From positions 426 to 64,425 of the forward strand of contig JBKHJL010000001.1 in assembly GCA_046538155.1 (NCBI GenBank): a stretch of 64,000 bases of DNA, in the 5' to 3' direction. The position numbers and the translations under genes were made by a program. The notes beneath the pieces were generated by a model. The model worked only from the letters and a program-made list of their open reading frames with translations, made no database searches and was not told the origin of the DNA. Of this stretch, positions 9,962 through 19,860 are shown piece after piece. Each line of letters opens with the position of its first letter. Position 1 is the stretch's first letter. This DNA is from Candidatus Micrarchaeia archaeon. GTDB lineage: Archaea; Micrarchaeota; Micrarchaeia; Anstonellales; Bilamarchaeaceae.

Positions 9962-11051
9962 AGAAGCCCTCTGTCATATAATGTTTTCTTTTATCTCTTT
10001 TATAATTCTTTCTTTTGTTCAGGAGCCTTTTTATTTCAGCCAGGTTCTTGTTGACTACTGTTTTCAGGTCGTATCCTTCTGAGTGCACCGCAACCATCGC
10101 ATTGTCAACATCAAGCCGGGTGCTCATCTGGTATATTGATTTGCCTTTTTTGAAGTGGATATTCACGTCTCCCATCTCAAAGGTTTTCCTGAACCTTTTC
10201 AGAGAATCCTTCATGCTCTGTTTTATGTCTCCGTAATAGAACATCGCCTCTTCAGGCAGGCCACTTATGAATACGGATGGCCCTTCAACTATGAGACTCA
10301 GGACGAATTTCATTACGTCCACTGCTGTCAGCACCCCCACTGCGCGCCCGCCTTCCTTAACTACGAGCCTGGAAACGTTTTTTTCTGCCATTTTCTTTGC
10401 TGCCCTTTCAAGCGGCTCATCCGCTTTTATGGTTACCAAGCTTTCCCGCATATAATCCTTTATCCTTTTCTCATCAGGATTGTCTATCTCGGAAGCGAGT
10501 GCAAACCTCTGTCTGCCCCTGGGCTTCAGGACCAGCATTGAGAGGTCAAACGGAGATAGGCTCCCGATTACTTTGTTGCCCCTGGTGACTGCGAGGTGGT
10601 GGACGCCCAGTTTTTTCATTACTCCCCGCGCCAGCCCCACAGTTTCATTTTCATCTATTGTGTAAATCGGGCTTGCCATGAGTGCTGAAACGCTGGTTTT
10701 GGGAACGGTTTTCATCTTGACCATTTCGGCCATAACATCCGCCCTGCTTACCTTCCCGAGTATTTTTCCATCCTCAACTACGGGCAGGGCCTTGAAGTGT
10801 CCGGCCATAAATGCCCGCATGTGGTCGGTAATATCCATCATTTCCTTAAGCTGGGGCGCCCTTACTGCGGCCTTTAGCGCCTTGGTTTTGCTTGAGTCGC
10901 TTATGTTTGGGCGAATATCCCTGTCATCAATAAGTCCGTAGTATTTTCCATTATGGGTAATCATCACCGCAGTTCCTGTCCTGAGTATTGATTCCAGGGC
11001 CTTTGAAAGCGGCTCGCTGCCTTTTATTACATCTGCTTTCATCATTCTCAT
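9945..11051 (-). CDS. Tandem CBS-domain protein with a C-terminal HPF/RaiA-like domain
   Basis: Four CBS-like repeats (LPVVEDGKILG, LAVTRGNKVIG, LVVKEGGRAVG) plus a ~110 aa basic alpha/beta tail. Confidence 0.75.
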   Translation of the reverse strand: MRMMKADVIKGSEPLSKALESILRTGTAVMITHNGKYYGLIDDRDIRPNISDSSKTKALKAAVRAPQLKEMMDITDHMRAFMAGHFKALPVVEDGKILGKVSRADVMAEMVKMKTVPKTSVSALMASPIYTIDENETVGLARGVMKKLGVHHLAVTRGNKVIGSLSPFDLSMLVLKPRGRQRFALASEIDNPDEKRIKDYMRESLVTIKADEPLERAAKKMAEKNVSRLVVKEGGRAVGVLTAVDVMKFVLSLIVEGPSVFISGLPEEAMFYYGDIKQSMKDSLKRFRKTFEMGDVNIHFKKGKSIYQMSTRLDVDNAMVAVHSEGYDLKTVVNKNLAEIKRLLNKRKNYKRDKRKHYMTEGFYERTG

Positions 11052-11218
11052 GGGCTCACCAAAAATAAAAAGCAGTAAACCTTTATATCACTTTTTACAA
11101 GGATTTCGCCCAAACCAAAAAGTGAAAGTGCCATTGCGAAGCAGGTTAAACGGCTCCTCCGGCCTGGCACCACCGTAATTTTAGTTTATTTTTAATTAGT
11201 TTCGGCAGAAATTAGTTT

Positions 11219-11899
11219 ATGGACCTCCCCCTCACGTCTATTGTGCGAAAGCCCAGCTGGAAGCAGCTTCTTATGGAGCTGGTGACATCTGAGAAGCTTG
11301 ACCCATGGGACATAGACATTGTTGCAGTTGCCGACGGGTTCAACAAGATGGTAAAGGAGATGGAGAAGTTTGATTTCAGCGTTCCCGCAAACGTAATCCT
11401 TGCATCTGCAATCCTCCTGAAATACAAAAGCAATGCACTGCGGATAATTGAAGAGGAGCCGGAGGAAATCCCCGAGCCCGAGCCGGTTGAGGTGGGGGAT
11501 GAGCAGGTGCCCCAGCTTAGGATAAAGTCAAGGATACCTCCAAAAGTTCCCCTTACACTTAACCAGCTTATTTCTGAAATGGAAAAGGTAATCAAATACG
11601 ATGAAGCTGAGCCCAAGCCCCGCCTCCCGAAAAAAACAAGGGAGGTGATGGAGATACCCCTCCCGGATTATGACATAGAGAAAGAGATGGAAAAGCTGTA
11701 TTCACGGATGCAGAATGAGAAGGACTCTGAAGACCTCGTGCTTTTCTCAAGGCTGGTCAAGGAGAAAACCCCAAAGGAAACAATACTGACCCTTTCCCCG
11801 CTCCTCCATCTTGCCCAGGAAAAAGCGGTTGGGCTCAGGCAGGACAGGTTCTGGGGGGAAATTTTCATAAAGGTGAATGGATGGAACCCAAGCGCTTAA
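11219..11899 (+). CDS. scpA: Segregation/condensation protein A (kleisin)
   Basis: KLDPWDIDIV N-terminal motif, C-terminal LLHLAQE..LRQDRFWGEI winged helix. Confidence 0.9.
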   Translation: MDLPLTSIVRKPSWKQLLMELVTSEKLDPWDIDIVAVADGFNKMVKEMEKFDFSVPANVILASAILLKYKSNALRIIEEEPEEIPEPEPVEVGDEQVPQLRIKSRIPPKVPLTLNQLISEMEKVIKYDEAEPKPRLPKKTREVMEIPLPDYDIEKEMEKLYSRMQNEKDSEDLVLFSRLVKEKTPKETILTLSPLLHLAQEKAVGLRQDRFWGEIFIKVNGWNPSA

Positions 11900-12393
11900 T
11901 TGAGGCAGCACTGTTCATGAGCGGAAGAGAGCTTTCAGTTCCGGAACTTAAAAAACTTACAGGCATTGCTTCAGCCGGGCACATAAAATCCCTGCTGGAT
12001 GAGCTGCAGGGGGACTACCGGGAAAGCGCACTGGAGATATTTGAGGCAGATGGTTCATACATGATGAAGGTAAAGGACGACTATGTTGAGGATGTGAAGC
12101 ATTTTGCCCAGTCCGAAGCGATAAGCAAATCAGCATTGAGGACGCTTTCCTATATTGCAAGGCACAACGGAATAATGAAATCAGAAGTAGTGAAGCGCAT
12201 CGGCACAGTGGTCTACAGCGATGTAAAGGAGCTTGTGGAAAATGGATTCCTGCTACAGAGAAAATGCGGGAGGAGCTCAAAGCTTTTTCTCACCAACAAG
12301 TTCCGGGCCTACTTTGAGCAGCAGAAACCGGAGGAGGGAGGACAGGAAGTGCCCCGGATGGCCCCTCCTGAAGAAGAGGAGTTTGAGGAATAG
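11881..12393 (+). CDS. scpB: Segregation/condensation protein B
   Basis: IEAALF, ALRTLSYIA, overlapping scpA. Confidence 0.9.
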   Translation: MEPKRLIEAALFMSGRELSVPELKKLTGIASAGHIKSLLDELQGDYRESALEIFEADGSYMMKVKDDYVEDVKHFAQSEAISKSALRTLSYIARHNGIMKSEVVKRIGTVVYSDVKELVENGFLLQRKCGRSSKLFLTNKFRAYFEQQKPEEGGQEVPRMAPPEEEEFEE

Positions 12394-12936
12394 CTATTCC
12401 TCCTTCAGGAACAATTCTATTTTGCCCCTTAGTTCTTCAACGCTTCCTTCATTTACAATCTTTTGGTCTGCAAGGGCAAACGCATCAGAGAGGCTTTGCC
12501 TGTCCGCTTCCTTGTTTTTCATTTCCCTTGCCTCTGTTTTCCGGAACTCTTCAAAACATTCAGGGTCGCTCTCCCTCTTCCTCTTTTTCATCCTGGCAAA
12601 ACGGATTTCCGGGGATGCAGAGATGTAGAGGAGACGGGCGGAGGGCAGCTTCTTTATTTCAGCTGCCTCTGCTGCATTGCGTATTGAGTCAATCACGTAA
12701 TCCTTTTCCGGCTCCAGCCGAATGATTGTTTTTTTTGCAAGTGCAGCAGGCCCGTGTTTGCTCCTGAGCGCATTGCCCTTGTTTATAAGGTTCTCCCTTG
12801 TGATTTCCTTTCCCTCTGCTGACAGCTCTTCCCTGAGAACATCAGAAAGGGAGAGGTAGGCAAAACCCCTTTCCCTGAGGTATTCTGCAACCGTTCCCTT
12901 GCCTGCGCAATTTTCCCCTGTTAACCCGATAATCAT
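12394..12936 (-). CDS. P-loop nucleotide kinase (dephospho-CoA kinase-like family)
   Basis: IIGLTGENCAGKGT, VIDSIRN, ADQKIVNEGS. Confidence 0.75.
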   Translation of the reverse strand: MIIGLTGENCAGKGTVAEYLRERGFAYLSLSDVLREELSAEGKEITRENLINKGNALRSKHGPAALAKKTIIRLEPEKDYVIDSIRNAAEAAEIKKLPSARLLYISASPEIRFARMKKRKRESDPECFEEFRKTEAREMKNKEADRQSLSDAFALADQKIVNEGSVEELRGKIELFLKEE

Positions 12937-12983
12937 TTTTCTACCCCGGCAATATCAGGGGGGAGGTATAAAACCTTTGAGTT

Positions 12984-12999
12984 TGTAACCATGGTTACA
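12984..12999. promoter_or_regulatory. Perfect 16-bp palindrome TGTAACCATGGTTACA, copy 1
   Basis: Intergenic, between the divergent kinase gene and hisS; identical core at 63549-63564. Confidence 0.65.
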
Positions 13000-13057
13000 C
13001 TCCCCCTTTAATATATAAACTTTCTCCTTCTTTTTGTTAGCGCTTAGAGGTAAATTC

Positions 13058-14275
13058 ATGAAAAGGGCCAAGGGAATGAGAGACTTCCTCCCTCCCCAGA
13101 TGATGCAGAGGGAGAAGGTCTTCTCCGTAATAGCAGAAACCTACCGGGAATTTGGCTTCCAGCCGCTGGAAACACCCGCCCTGGAGCTCCTCAGTACACT
13201 GAGGGCAAAGAGCGGGGAGGAGATTGCAGGCCAGCTGTTTGAAATACGCGATTCAGACTTTGGCATGCGCTTTGACCTTACTGTTCCCCTTTCCAGGGTA
13301 GCTGCAAACACCTCTTTCCCCAAGCCCTTCAAGCGCTACCAGATTGGTCCGGTCTGGAGGCGGGAAGAGCCCCAGAAAGGAAGGTTCCGTGAGTTCTGGC
13401 AGGCGGATGCTGACATAATAGGCTCTTCTTCCATGAGGGTTGAGGCAGAGCTCCTGGAAATGGCTTCCACCGCGCTCAGGCGCCTGGGCCTGCCCGATTT
13501 CAAAATCCTCCTCAACAACCGCAGGATACTCAATTCACTTCTTGACCATTTTGGAATTTCTGAAAAGAGGGAAGAAGTTTTCAGGACCCTTGATAAGATA
13601 GACAAGATAGGGTATGATTCTGCATGCGGTTCCCTGGAGCCCCTGCTTGGGGAAAGCGCAGGGGAAATTATGCCCCTCTTCAATCTGGAAGGCACAAATG
13701 AAGAGAAGATTGCGGAGTTTGAGAAATATTCCCCAGAAGGTACAGAAGAAGTAAGGCAGATACTTGACCTGTTCCCTGGTTTCTTTTTTGAGCCAACCCT
13801 TGTCCGCGGGCTCGGATATTATTCCGGCCCGGTTTTTGAGTTCAAGGGAACGGGCGAGTATTCAGGAAGCTTTGCAGGAGGGGGCCGATACGACGGCCTG
13901 CTTGAGCTGTATGGAAAGGGCGCCCCGGCTGCAGGGGTGAGCCTTGGGGTGGAGCGCATCCTTCTTCTGCTTGGGGAAAACAAGGAGAAAAAGACATACA
14001 CGGAGATTTTTGTAGCAACCCTTCCCGGGCAATACCAAAAGGGAAGTGAAGTGGCAAAGGAGTTGAGGAAGGAACGGCTCCCCGCCGAAACAGATTTAAT
14101 GGGTAGGAGCCTGAAGAAACAGCTGGATTATGCCCGCTCCCTCAGGATACCCTGGGTTATGGTAATAGGGGAGAAGGAGGCGGAAAAGAACCAGGTTACG
14201 CTTCGGAACATGGAGGCAGGGGAGGAAGAGACCCTTTCCCTTGCAAAAGCGATAAGGAAGATAAGGAAGATTTAG
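13058..14275 (+). CDS. hisS: Histidine--tRNA ligase
   Basis: KGMRDFLP, RFDLTVP, GRFREFWQAD, LVRGLGYY, GGGRYDGL; C-terminal anticodon-binding domain. Confidence 0.96.
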   Translation: MKRAKGMRDFLPPQMMQREKVFSVIAETYREFGFQPLETPALELLSTLRAKSGEEIAGQLFEIRDSDFGMRFDLTVPLSRVAANTSFPKPFKRYQIGPVWRREEPQKGRFREFWQADADIIGSSSMRVEAELLEMASTALRRLGLPDFKILLNNRRILNSLLDHFGISEKREEVFRTLDKIDKIGYDSACGSLEPLLGESAGEIMPLFNLEGTNEEKIAEFEKYSPEGTEEVRQILDLFPGFFFEPTLVRGLGYYSGPVFEFKGTGEYSGSFAGGGRYDGLLELYGKGAPAAGVSLGVERILLLLGENKEKKTYTEIFVATLPGQYQKGSEVAKELRKERLPAETDLMGRSLKKQLDYARSLRIPWVMVIGEKEAEKNQVTLRNMEAGEEETLSLAKAIRKIRKI

Positions 14276-15625
14276 ATGCCAGGAAAACTGCTGAAGAAAC
14301 TCGGAAATGTGCAGGAGGCTGTCATAAAGCCCTTTTTCTACTATTCAATCATAGCGCTGTTCCTAATCCTTTTCATATCTGTAATCAGGGCAAGCATTTT
14401 CCCCAAGGAAGTAGGGGAGGAGCACCTTATTTTTGAGATGGTTTTCCTGCTCCTGCTCGCTATTCTCGCAAGGAGCATCGTGCTGTATTTCAAGCAGCCC
14501 ACGGTGCTGATTCTCATGTTGCTTGGAATTGTGATGGGCTCTTCTTTTCTGGAGATGGTCTGGCCAGGCGTTGTTTCCATCCTGCCATTCATCCCACAAG
14601 AGCCCCCGGAGATATTCCAGCACATGGAGCTTGTTGACATTTTTGCCCAGTTCGGAGCTATAATACTGATGTTCAAGGTCGGCCTGGAGTCCAGCATCCA
14701 CAAAATATTCACAAAGGAGAATTTCCTGGTAGCGATACTCGGCATAGTTTTCCCCTTTATTGCAGGATATCTGTTTGCGCTTTATACCGGAGGGGCATTT
14801 ATGTATGCCCTTTTCATGGGGGCGGCACTCACCGCAACCAGCGTTGGCGTAACAGCGGCCATACTTAAGGAAATGAAGCTGATGGACGAGAAGTTTTCCC
14901 AGATGATAATGGGGGCCGCAATAATTGATGACATCCTCTCCCTGCTTGTTCTTTCTCTGGTAATGAACATGCCCACCTCCCTGGATCCCGCTTCCCTCGA
15001 GCCATTTCTTTCAGTTCTTTTCTATGCATTTATCTTCCTTCTTGGGGGTTCAATAGTAGGAAAATATTTTGTGGAGAAGAAGCTCACTGTGCTCAGGATA
15101 AACGAGAAATCCCTCCTCTATGTGTTTTCTTTTGTATTCATCTATGCTTACATCGCGGAGTTCATAGGCCTGTCCAGCATAGTGGGGGCATTCCTTGCAG
15201 GGGTTCTCCTGAATTACAGCAGGAATTCAGAGGAGATAGACAAGAGGACACGCTCTCTGGAACTCATATTCGTTCCCGTGTTTTTCATTTCCCTTGGCCT
15301 CCTGGTGGATGTTGGCTCAGTTATCCAGTTCTTCTGGCCCATCCTGCTCATATCCGTGGTTGCAGTCCTCACCAAGCTGGTGGGTTGCGGCATCGGAGCC
15401 CTTGCCACCAAGTTAAATGCCAGGGATTCTGCCCTGGTTGGCTTTGGCATGTCTCCCCGCGGTGAGGTTGCCCTGATTATTGCGCTTTTCGGGCTTAACA
15501 GCGGAGCCCTCTCCATTCCCGAGTATTCAATCATTTCCGCAATGGCGTTCATAACCACGGTGGTTGTCCCACCGGTATTCCAGAAACTGCTTGCTTACAA
15601 ACCAGCAGGAGGCCATGCTGCATGA
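14276..15625 (+). CDS. Cation:proton antiporter (CPA2)
   Basis: Multi-TM protein with ATSVG, AIIDD and PRGEVALI motifs. Confidence 0.9.
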   Translation: MPGKLLKKLGNVQEAVIKPFFYYSIIALFLILFISVIRASIFPKEVGEEHLIFEMVFLLLLAILARSIVLYFKQPTVLILMLLGIVMGSSFLEMVWPGVVSILPFIPQEPPEIFQHMELVDIFAQFGAIILMFKVGLESSIHKIFTKENFLVAILGIVFPFIAGYLFALYTGGAFMYALFMGAALTATSVGVTAAILKEMKLMDEKFSQMIMGAAIIDDILSLLVLSLVMNMPTSLDPASLEPFLSVLFYAFIFLLGGSIVGKYFVEKKLTVLRINEKSLLYVFSFVFIYAYIAEFIGLSSIVGAFLAGVLLNYSRNSEEIDKRTRSLELIFVPVFFISLGLLVDVGSVIQFFWPILLISVVAVLTKLVGCGIGALATKLNARDSALVGFGMSPRGEVALIIALFGLNSGALSIPEYSIISAMAFITTVVVPPVFQKLLAYKPAGGHAA

Positions 15626-16143
15626 TGCTTGAAGTGCCGCTTATCTACCTGAAGGGAAAAAGGGCCTACAAAAAAAAGCTGGGCACGCTCAAGCCCATGG
15701 GAAGTGCAATAAAAGTGGCCAAGAAGTTCAAGGAGCAGTTGGGCACGGAGCTCATCCACGTGGTTGACCTGGATGCACTGAAAGGGAAGAAAACCAACTA
15801 TGATGTTTACGACCACCTGACTTTCAGCATGTATGTGCAGGTGGAGGTAAAGCCCGACCCCAAACTCATAAAGCCTCTCCTTGCCCTTAATGCCCGGGTT
15901 GTGATGGAACTTCCCACCAAACTGGACCTGGAACAGTTTAGGGATAAAAAGCGCCTCCTTGTCGGAAAGATTACTCCCAGGTTTAGGGGTTCCCTGGATG
16001 ATGTTTATGATGTTTACCTTGACGGAGAGTCCCCGGCAAAGCTGCGCGAGCTCCTTAAAAAGAAAAAGAGGGTATTTGTGAACAAGGAGCAGAACAAGAA
16101 AAGCGACAGGGTTTTCGGCCGCATCGGTCCTCCTGAATTATGA
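15622..16143 (+). CDS. Short HisA/HisF-related protein
   Basis: VPLIYLKGKRA and IHVVDLDA resemble the N-terminal half of HisA-family barrels; only 173 aa. Confidence 0.55.
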   Translation: MMLEVPLIYLKGKRAYKKKLGTLKPMGSAIKVAKKFKEQLGTELIHVVDLDALKGKKTNYDVYDHLTFSMYVQVEVKPDPKLIKPLLALNARVVMELPTKLDLEQFRDKKRLLVGKITPRFRGSLDDVYDVYLDGESPAKLRELLKKKKRVFVNKEQNKKSDRVFGRIGPPEL

Positions 16144-16216
16144 CGTATGTATGCAATACCTTTATAAACAATCCTGCACATATTTTTCCTTATAATATTT
16201 ACTGAGGGAGAGCAAT

Positions 16217-16753
16217 ATGGCCATAAGACCAGCTAAATGCGTAAGAGACGGAGAAAAAGTAGCCTGGACCAGGCACTCCAAGAAAAAGCCAAGGAAGTCT
16301 TATATAAGGACAATGCCCCACAAGGACTTGAACCAGCAGAGGATGGGCGTGGACAAGGACACCTATGATGCAGCTTACCACCTGGTATGCCAGAACGACA
16401 AGCTGATAATCCGGGATAATGCGATGGAGGCGGCAAGACAGTCCACAAACAAGGTTCTTGAGGGTGCAATGCCCGCAAATTATTTTTTCCTTGTAAGGGT
16501 TTACCCCCATCATGTAATCAGGGAGAATAAGATGGTTGCCGGAGCAGGCGCAGACCGTATCCAGAAGGGTATGCGCAGGTCTTTTGGGAAACCCACAGAC
16601 AGGGCAGCCCGCCTGAAGAAAAACCAGAAGCTGTTTTCAGTTTACGTAAAGAAAAGTGAGATAAGTGAGAACGCAGTAAAGGAGGCATTCCGCAGGGCAA
16701 AGATGAAGCTTTCCGGAAAATTCTCTATAGTTGAAGGAGGGGTTGATTCTTGA
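16217..16753 (+). CDS. rpl10e: 50S ribosomal protein uL16 (L10e)
   Basis: RPAKC, AMEAARQ, YPHHVIRENKM, GADRIQKGMRRSFGKP. Confidence 0.95.
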   Translation: MAIRPAKCVRDGEKVAWTRHSKKKPRKSYIRTMPHKDLNQQRMGVDKDTYDAAYHLVCQNDKLIIRDNAMEAARQSTNKVLEGAMPANYFFLVRVYPHHVIRENKMVAGAGADRIQKGMRRSFGKPTDRAARLKKNQKLFSVYVKKSEISENAVKEAFRRAKMKLSGKFSIVEGGVDS

Positions 16754-18516
16754 TAAGCGTTGATGAAGAAGATTTTCTCATTGCAACGGATATAGATAAG
16801 CTAATTGATATTTTGTCAACAAGAAAAGATGTGGAAGTAGGAAAGCTTTCAAAAGAACTTAAGATGAACCGCCGGGAGGTTGAGAAGTGGCTCCATGTTC
16901 TGGAAGATGAAGGAGTAGTGAATCTTGACAACAGGATGGGCGCCCTCCATGCCCTCTGGGTAATGGAGGAAGAAGAGTATGCGCCCCCAAGCGCAAGGTC
17001 ACGGAAGAAGCCCCCTGCAAAATATGAAGAGCTGGAATTGCAGGAAACTACTGAGGAGCCGGTAGACCTTGTTGAGGAGATAGGGGAGATGGCCCCCCTG
17101 CGTTCCAGGAAAAAATCATTTTTTCCGGATGTACTGAAGGGCAGCAAGAAAAAGCCAAAGAAGGAGAAGCCCAAAATCAAACTGGAGGAGGAGCCGCCCC
17201 GCGAGCCCCCAAAGAAAAAACCCGCAAAAGCGCCCTCAGCCAAAACAGTTGAGAAGCCCCCGGTAACTATTCACAAAGGGCCTGCAGAGCCAATGAAACA
17301 GCGGCTGGAGAAAAGCAAATTTCTTAATCTCCCCTCCAGGAAAACAGGAAAGCTCCGGGAGCAGCTTGATGAGTACCTGAAGCTGATAAAGGAGGGGAAG
17401 GAGGAGCTCAAGCAGCTGGAAAGCGAGAAGGAGAGGGTGCACCGGGAAGGATTCCTTTCGCTTGAAAAGGAGTTTGAGGCGAGCCTTGACAATCTTGAGT
17501 ATGCGCTACTTGAAAAGGAGAAGAGAATTCTTGAGGCAAAGGAAAGGGTGTCAACCCTCCCGGAAAAGGTGGAGGAGATTGAGCAGATGCAGGAAGCCCT
17601 CAGGAAGTTTGACAAGGAAGCAGGAAATGTGCTTTCCCGCACCAAGAAGGGCCTGGATAAGGACTGGGGCAATCTTCAGGAAGTGAGCGGGGAACTTTCA
17701 GAAGAAATTTCAAAAGGGGAAGAGGAAGTGATGCGCGACCGGAGCAGGATAATGCAGCTCAGGGACATGCTCCAGTCCATGGAGCATGCAGAATCCCAGC
17801 TCAGGGAAACTCTGGAGTCAGGACGCAACGCAATAGAGGAAATGGAGGAGAAGGTTCGCACGGTTGAGGAATCCCTTGAGGATATTGTAGATTCCCGGGC
17901 GATTGTAAGCGAGAGGATAGAGCACATCCACTCCACCCTTGAGCGCAGGATGAAGAGCATTGAAAACCTCAGGGAAGAGCTTGAGAAGGTGGAGAAGGTT
18001 GAGCATTGGTTCAGGGAATATTCCGATGACTACCAGGAAAAAATGGACGAAATGCAGGAATATGTCCAGCAGAGTGAAGATGAGCTTGAGCGCATAAGGA
18101 AAGCCGCAGAACTTGAGTATGTTAATAAATACCTCCAGGAGCTGGATGTTGCAGAAGACAAGTACCGCGACAATCTTGGTGCACTTGAGATGGAGGAGGC
18201 AAGCATAGATGAGCAGATTTCAGATGTGCGGGGAAGGATAAAGCAGCTGATGCGGGAAAGCTCGGAGATAATGTCCAAGTACCGCCACATGGCTGATGAG
18301 GGCGGGGATTTCCAGGAAATGGTGGCAACTGCAAGGGAAAGGAACCGGCAGCAGCGCACTTCAGTGGATGAAAAAGCCTCCCAGCGCCGCACAATTGTTT
18401 CCGAATCAAAAAAGGCAGCAAAGCGCAGCAGGAAGCCCCAGGCAAAACCAAAAAAACAGAGGACTAAAAACCTCTCTTCCAAAAAGAAGCCCAAATCCAG
18501 AAAGAAAAAGAAGTAG
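16750..18516 (+). CDS. Long coiled-coil protein with an N-terminal winged-helix-like domain
   Basis: TDIDKLID...VEKWLHVLEDEG head, Pro/Lys-rich linker, ~350 aa heptad-rich region, basic tail. Confidence 0.75.
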   Translation: MISVDEEDFLIATDIDKLIDILSTRKDVEVGKLSKELKMNRREVEKWLHVLEDEGVVNLDNRMGALHALWVMEEEEYAPPSARSRKKPPAKYEELELQETTEEPVDLVEEIGEMAPLRSRKKSFFPDVLKGSKKKPKKEKPKIKLEEEPPREPPKKKPAKAPSAKTVEKPPVTIHKGPAEPMKQRLEKSKFLNLPSRKTGKLREQLDEYLKLIKEGKEELKQLESEKERVHREGFLSLEKEFEASLDNLEYALLEKEKRILEAKERVSTLPEKVEEIEQMQEALRKFDKEAGNVLSRTKKGLDKDWGNLQEVSGELSEEISKGEEEVMRDRSRIMQLRDMLQSMEHAESQLRETLESGRNAIEEMEEKVRTVEESLEDIVDSRAIVSERIEHIHSTLERRMKSIENLREELEKVEKVEHWFREYSDDYQEKMDEMQEYVQQSEDELERIRKAAELEYVNKYLQELDVAEDKYRDNLGALEMEEASIDEQISDVRGRIKQLMRESSEIMSKYRHMADEGGDFQEMVATARERNRQQRTSVDEKASQRRTIVSESKKAAKRSRKPQAKPKKQRTKNLSSKKKPKSRKKKK

Positions 18517-18521
18517 TTTCT

Positions 18522-19442
18522 CTATTTTTTAATCAGTTTCCCTGCTATTATTGCAATTTCCCCCATTAACTGCACCGCAATAATGTTGCTCATGAAACAT
18601 ATGTTCAGCACCGCAACACCGGGCAGGGCCAGCACTACAGGGAAAAACGAATACCCCAGGCTTTTCAGGTAATGTTCCATCCTCCTGTTCCTTAATTCGG
18701 TTTTAACGTCTCCGACTCCTTTCTTCGCCAGGCTTTCTGCAAGGTCCCTGCTTACCCTTATTCGGGATAGGAAAAAGTTTATTGCTGCCAGTATTATTGA
18801 CAACAGCCAGAGGTTCGGCATCTCTTTTTCCGGCACCTCAATCCAGTTGAGCACCAAAGGAAGCCCGCAAACCTCTTCAGGCATGGCTTCTTCCACCACT
18901 TCAACAACAGCCCCATCTATAAGGTATCCTGGCTTGCTTGCGGAAATTGGCTTTTCCCCGGGTTCAGCAAATACATAGGACACTTTTCCCCCCTCATTTG
19001 TTACTAAAGTTTCCCCTTCTACAAATACCTCTGCCCCCGGGATGGGTTTGCCTTCAGAATCCAGCAGCAGGATTATGGTTTCCTCGCCCGCAACTGCAAT
19101 TTCCCCAACAACTGATATTTCTCCCACAAAAACAACATCAAATATTTTTGCCGCCTGCAGATACCCTTCTGCATCTGCATATACAATTCCTTCAGGGGTG
19201 AATTCCAGGGAAACATATCCGTTGCTGTCTGCTACTGTGGATTCCCTGTCCGTAAATACATCTGCCCCCCCGACTTCTTCTCCCCTGTTGTTAATAATCT
19301 GGAATAGTCCCACTTCCCCAACGATTTTCTCCCCGTCTTTAAGCACAATCTCAAGTTCTTTTTGCACACACTCATTTCCTATGCAGAATTCGTTTTCTGC
19401 ACAGTTATCATCTGCACAGCATTCATATGGAATACAGGGTCT
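18522..19442 (-). pseudogene. 5'-truncated surface protein (Cys-rich motif, Ig-like domains, C-terminal TM helices)
   Basis: Frame stays open upstream of the annotated GTG through CIPYECCADDNCAENEFCIGNEC to a stop at 19443-19445; no start codon or signal peptide. Confidence 0.6.
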
Positions 19443-19778
19443 TCAGTCCAGAACATTGCTGCAGCAACCATTGACACCATTTGGGGCTTTGGCTCAGCAA
19501 CCGACAATTCAACCAACACAATCCCGAACGCATGCAGCCTTGATGTTGCAGGCGCAACCCCAACAGGAACCGGGAACTTTACTGGTGTTGACGGATTTGA
19601 GACCTGTGCAGTAGGTGATGGTGATGATGCAGCAAAAAGCGATGTTGCTTTCTGCGTGAACATCACCCAGGGCGGAAGCCTGTTCAACGGCCAGACCGGT
19701 GACTACGAGCTCCTTACGGCCACCGATGATGTAGCAGGAACATTTGAGACTTACCACTTCTGGCTTGAGCTGAACTAG
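19430..19778 (+). pseudogene. 5'-truncated secreted/surface protein fragment
   Basis: Protein-like C-terminus (TIDTIWGFGSATD...DYELL...YHFWLELN) with no credible start; begins at the same junction as the divergent gene. Confidence 0.55.
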
Positions 19779-19860
19779 AGGGTTCAACACCTTCTTTTTT
19801 TCTTTTATTTTCTAAGCGCGTTAAGCTAATCCTTTTAAATTTTCCTTCAGATTCACTGCC

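Noticed and set aside
11125..11175. SRP RNA-like motif (CAGGCCGGAGGAGC on the minus strand) within a gtgcca/tggcac stem
   Set aside because: Lacks the GNRA-capped helix 8 geometry, and the gap is too short for archaeal 7S RNA
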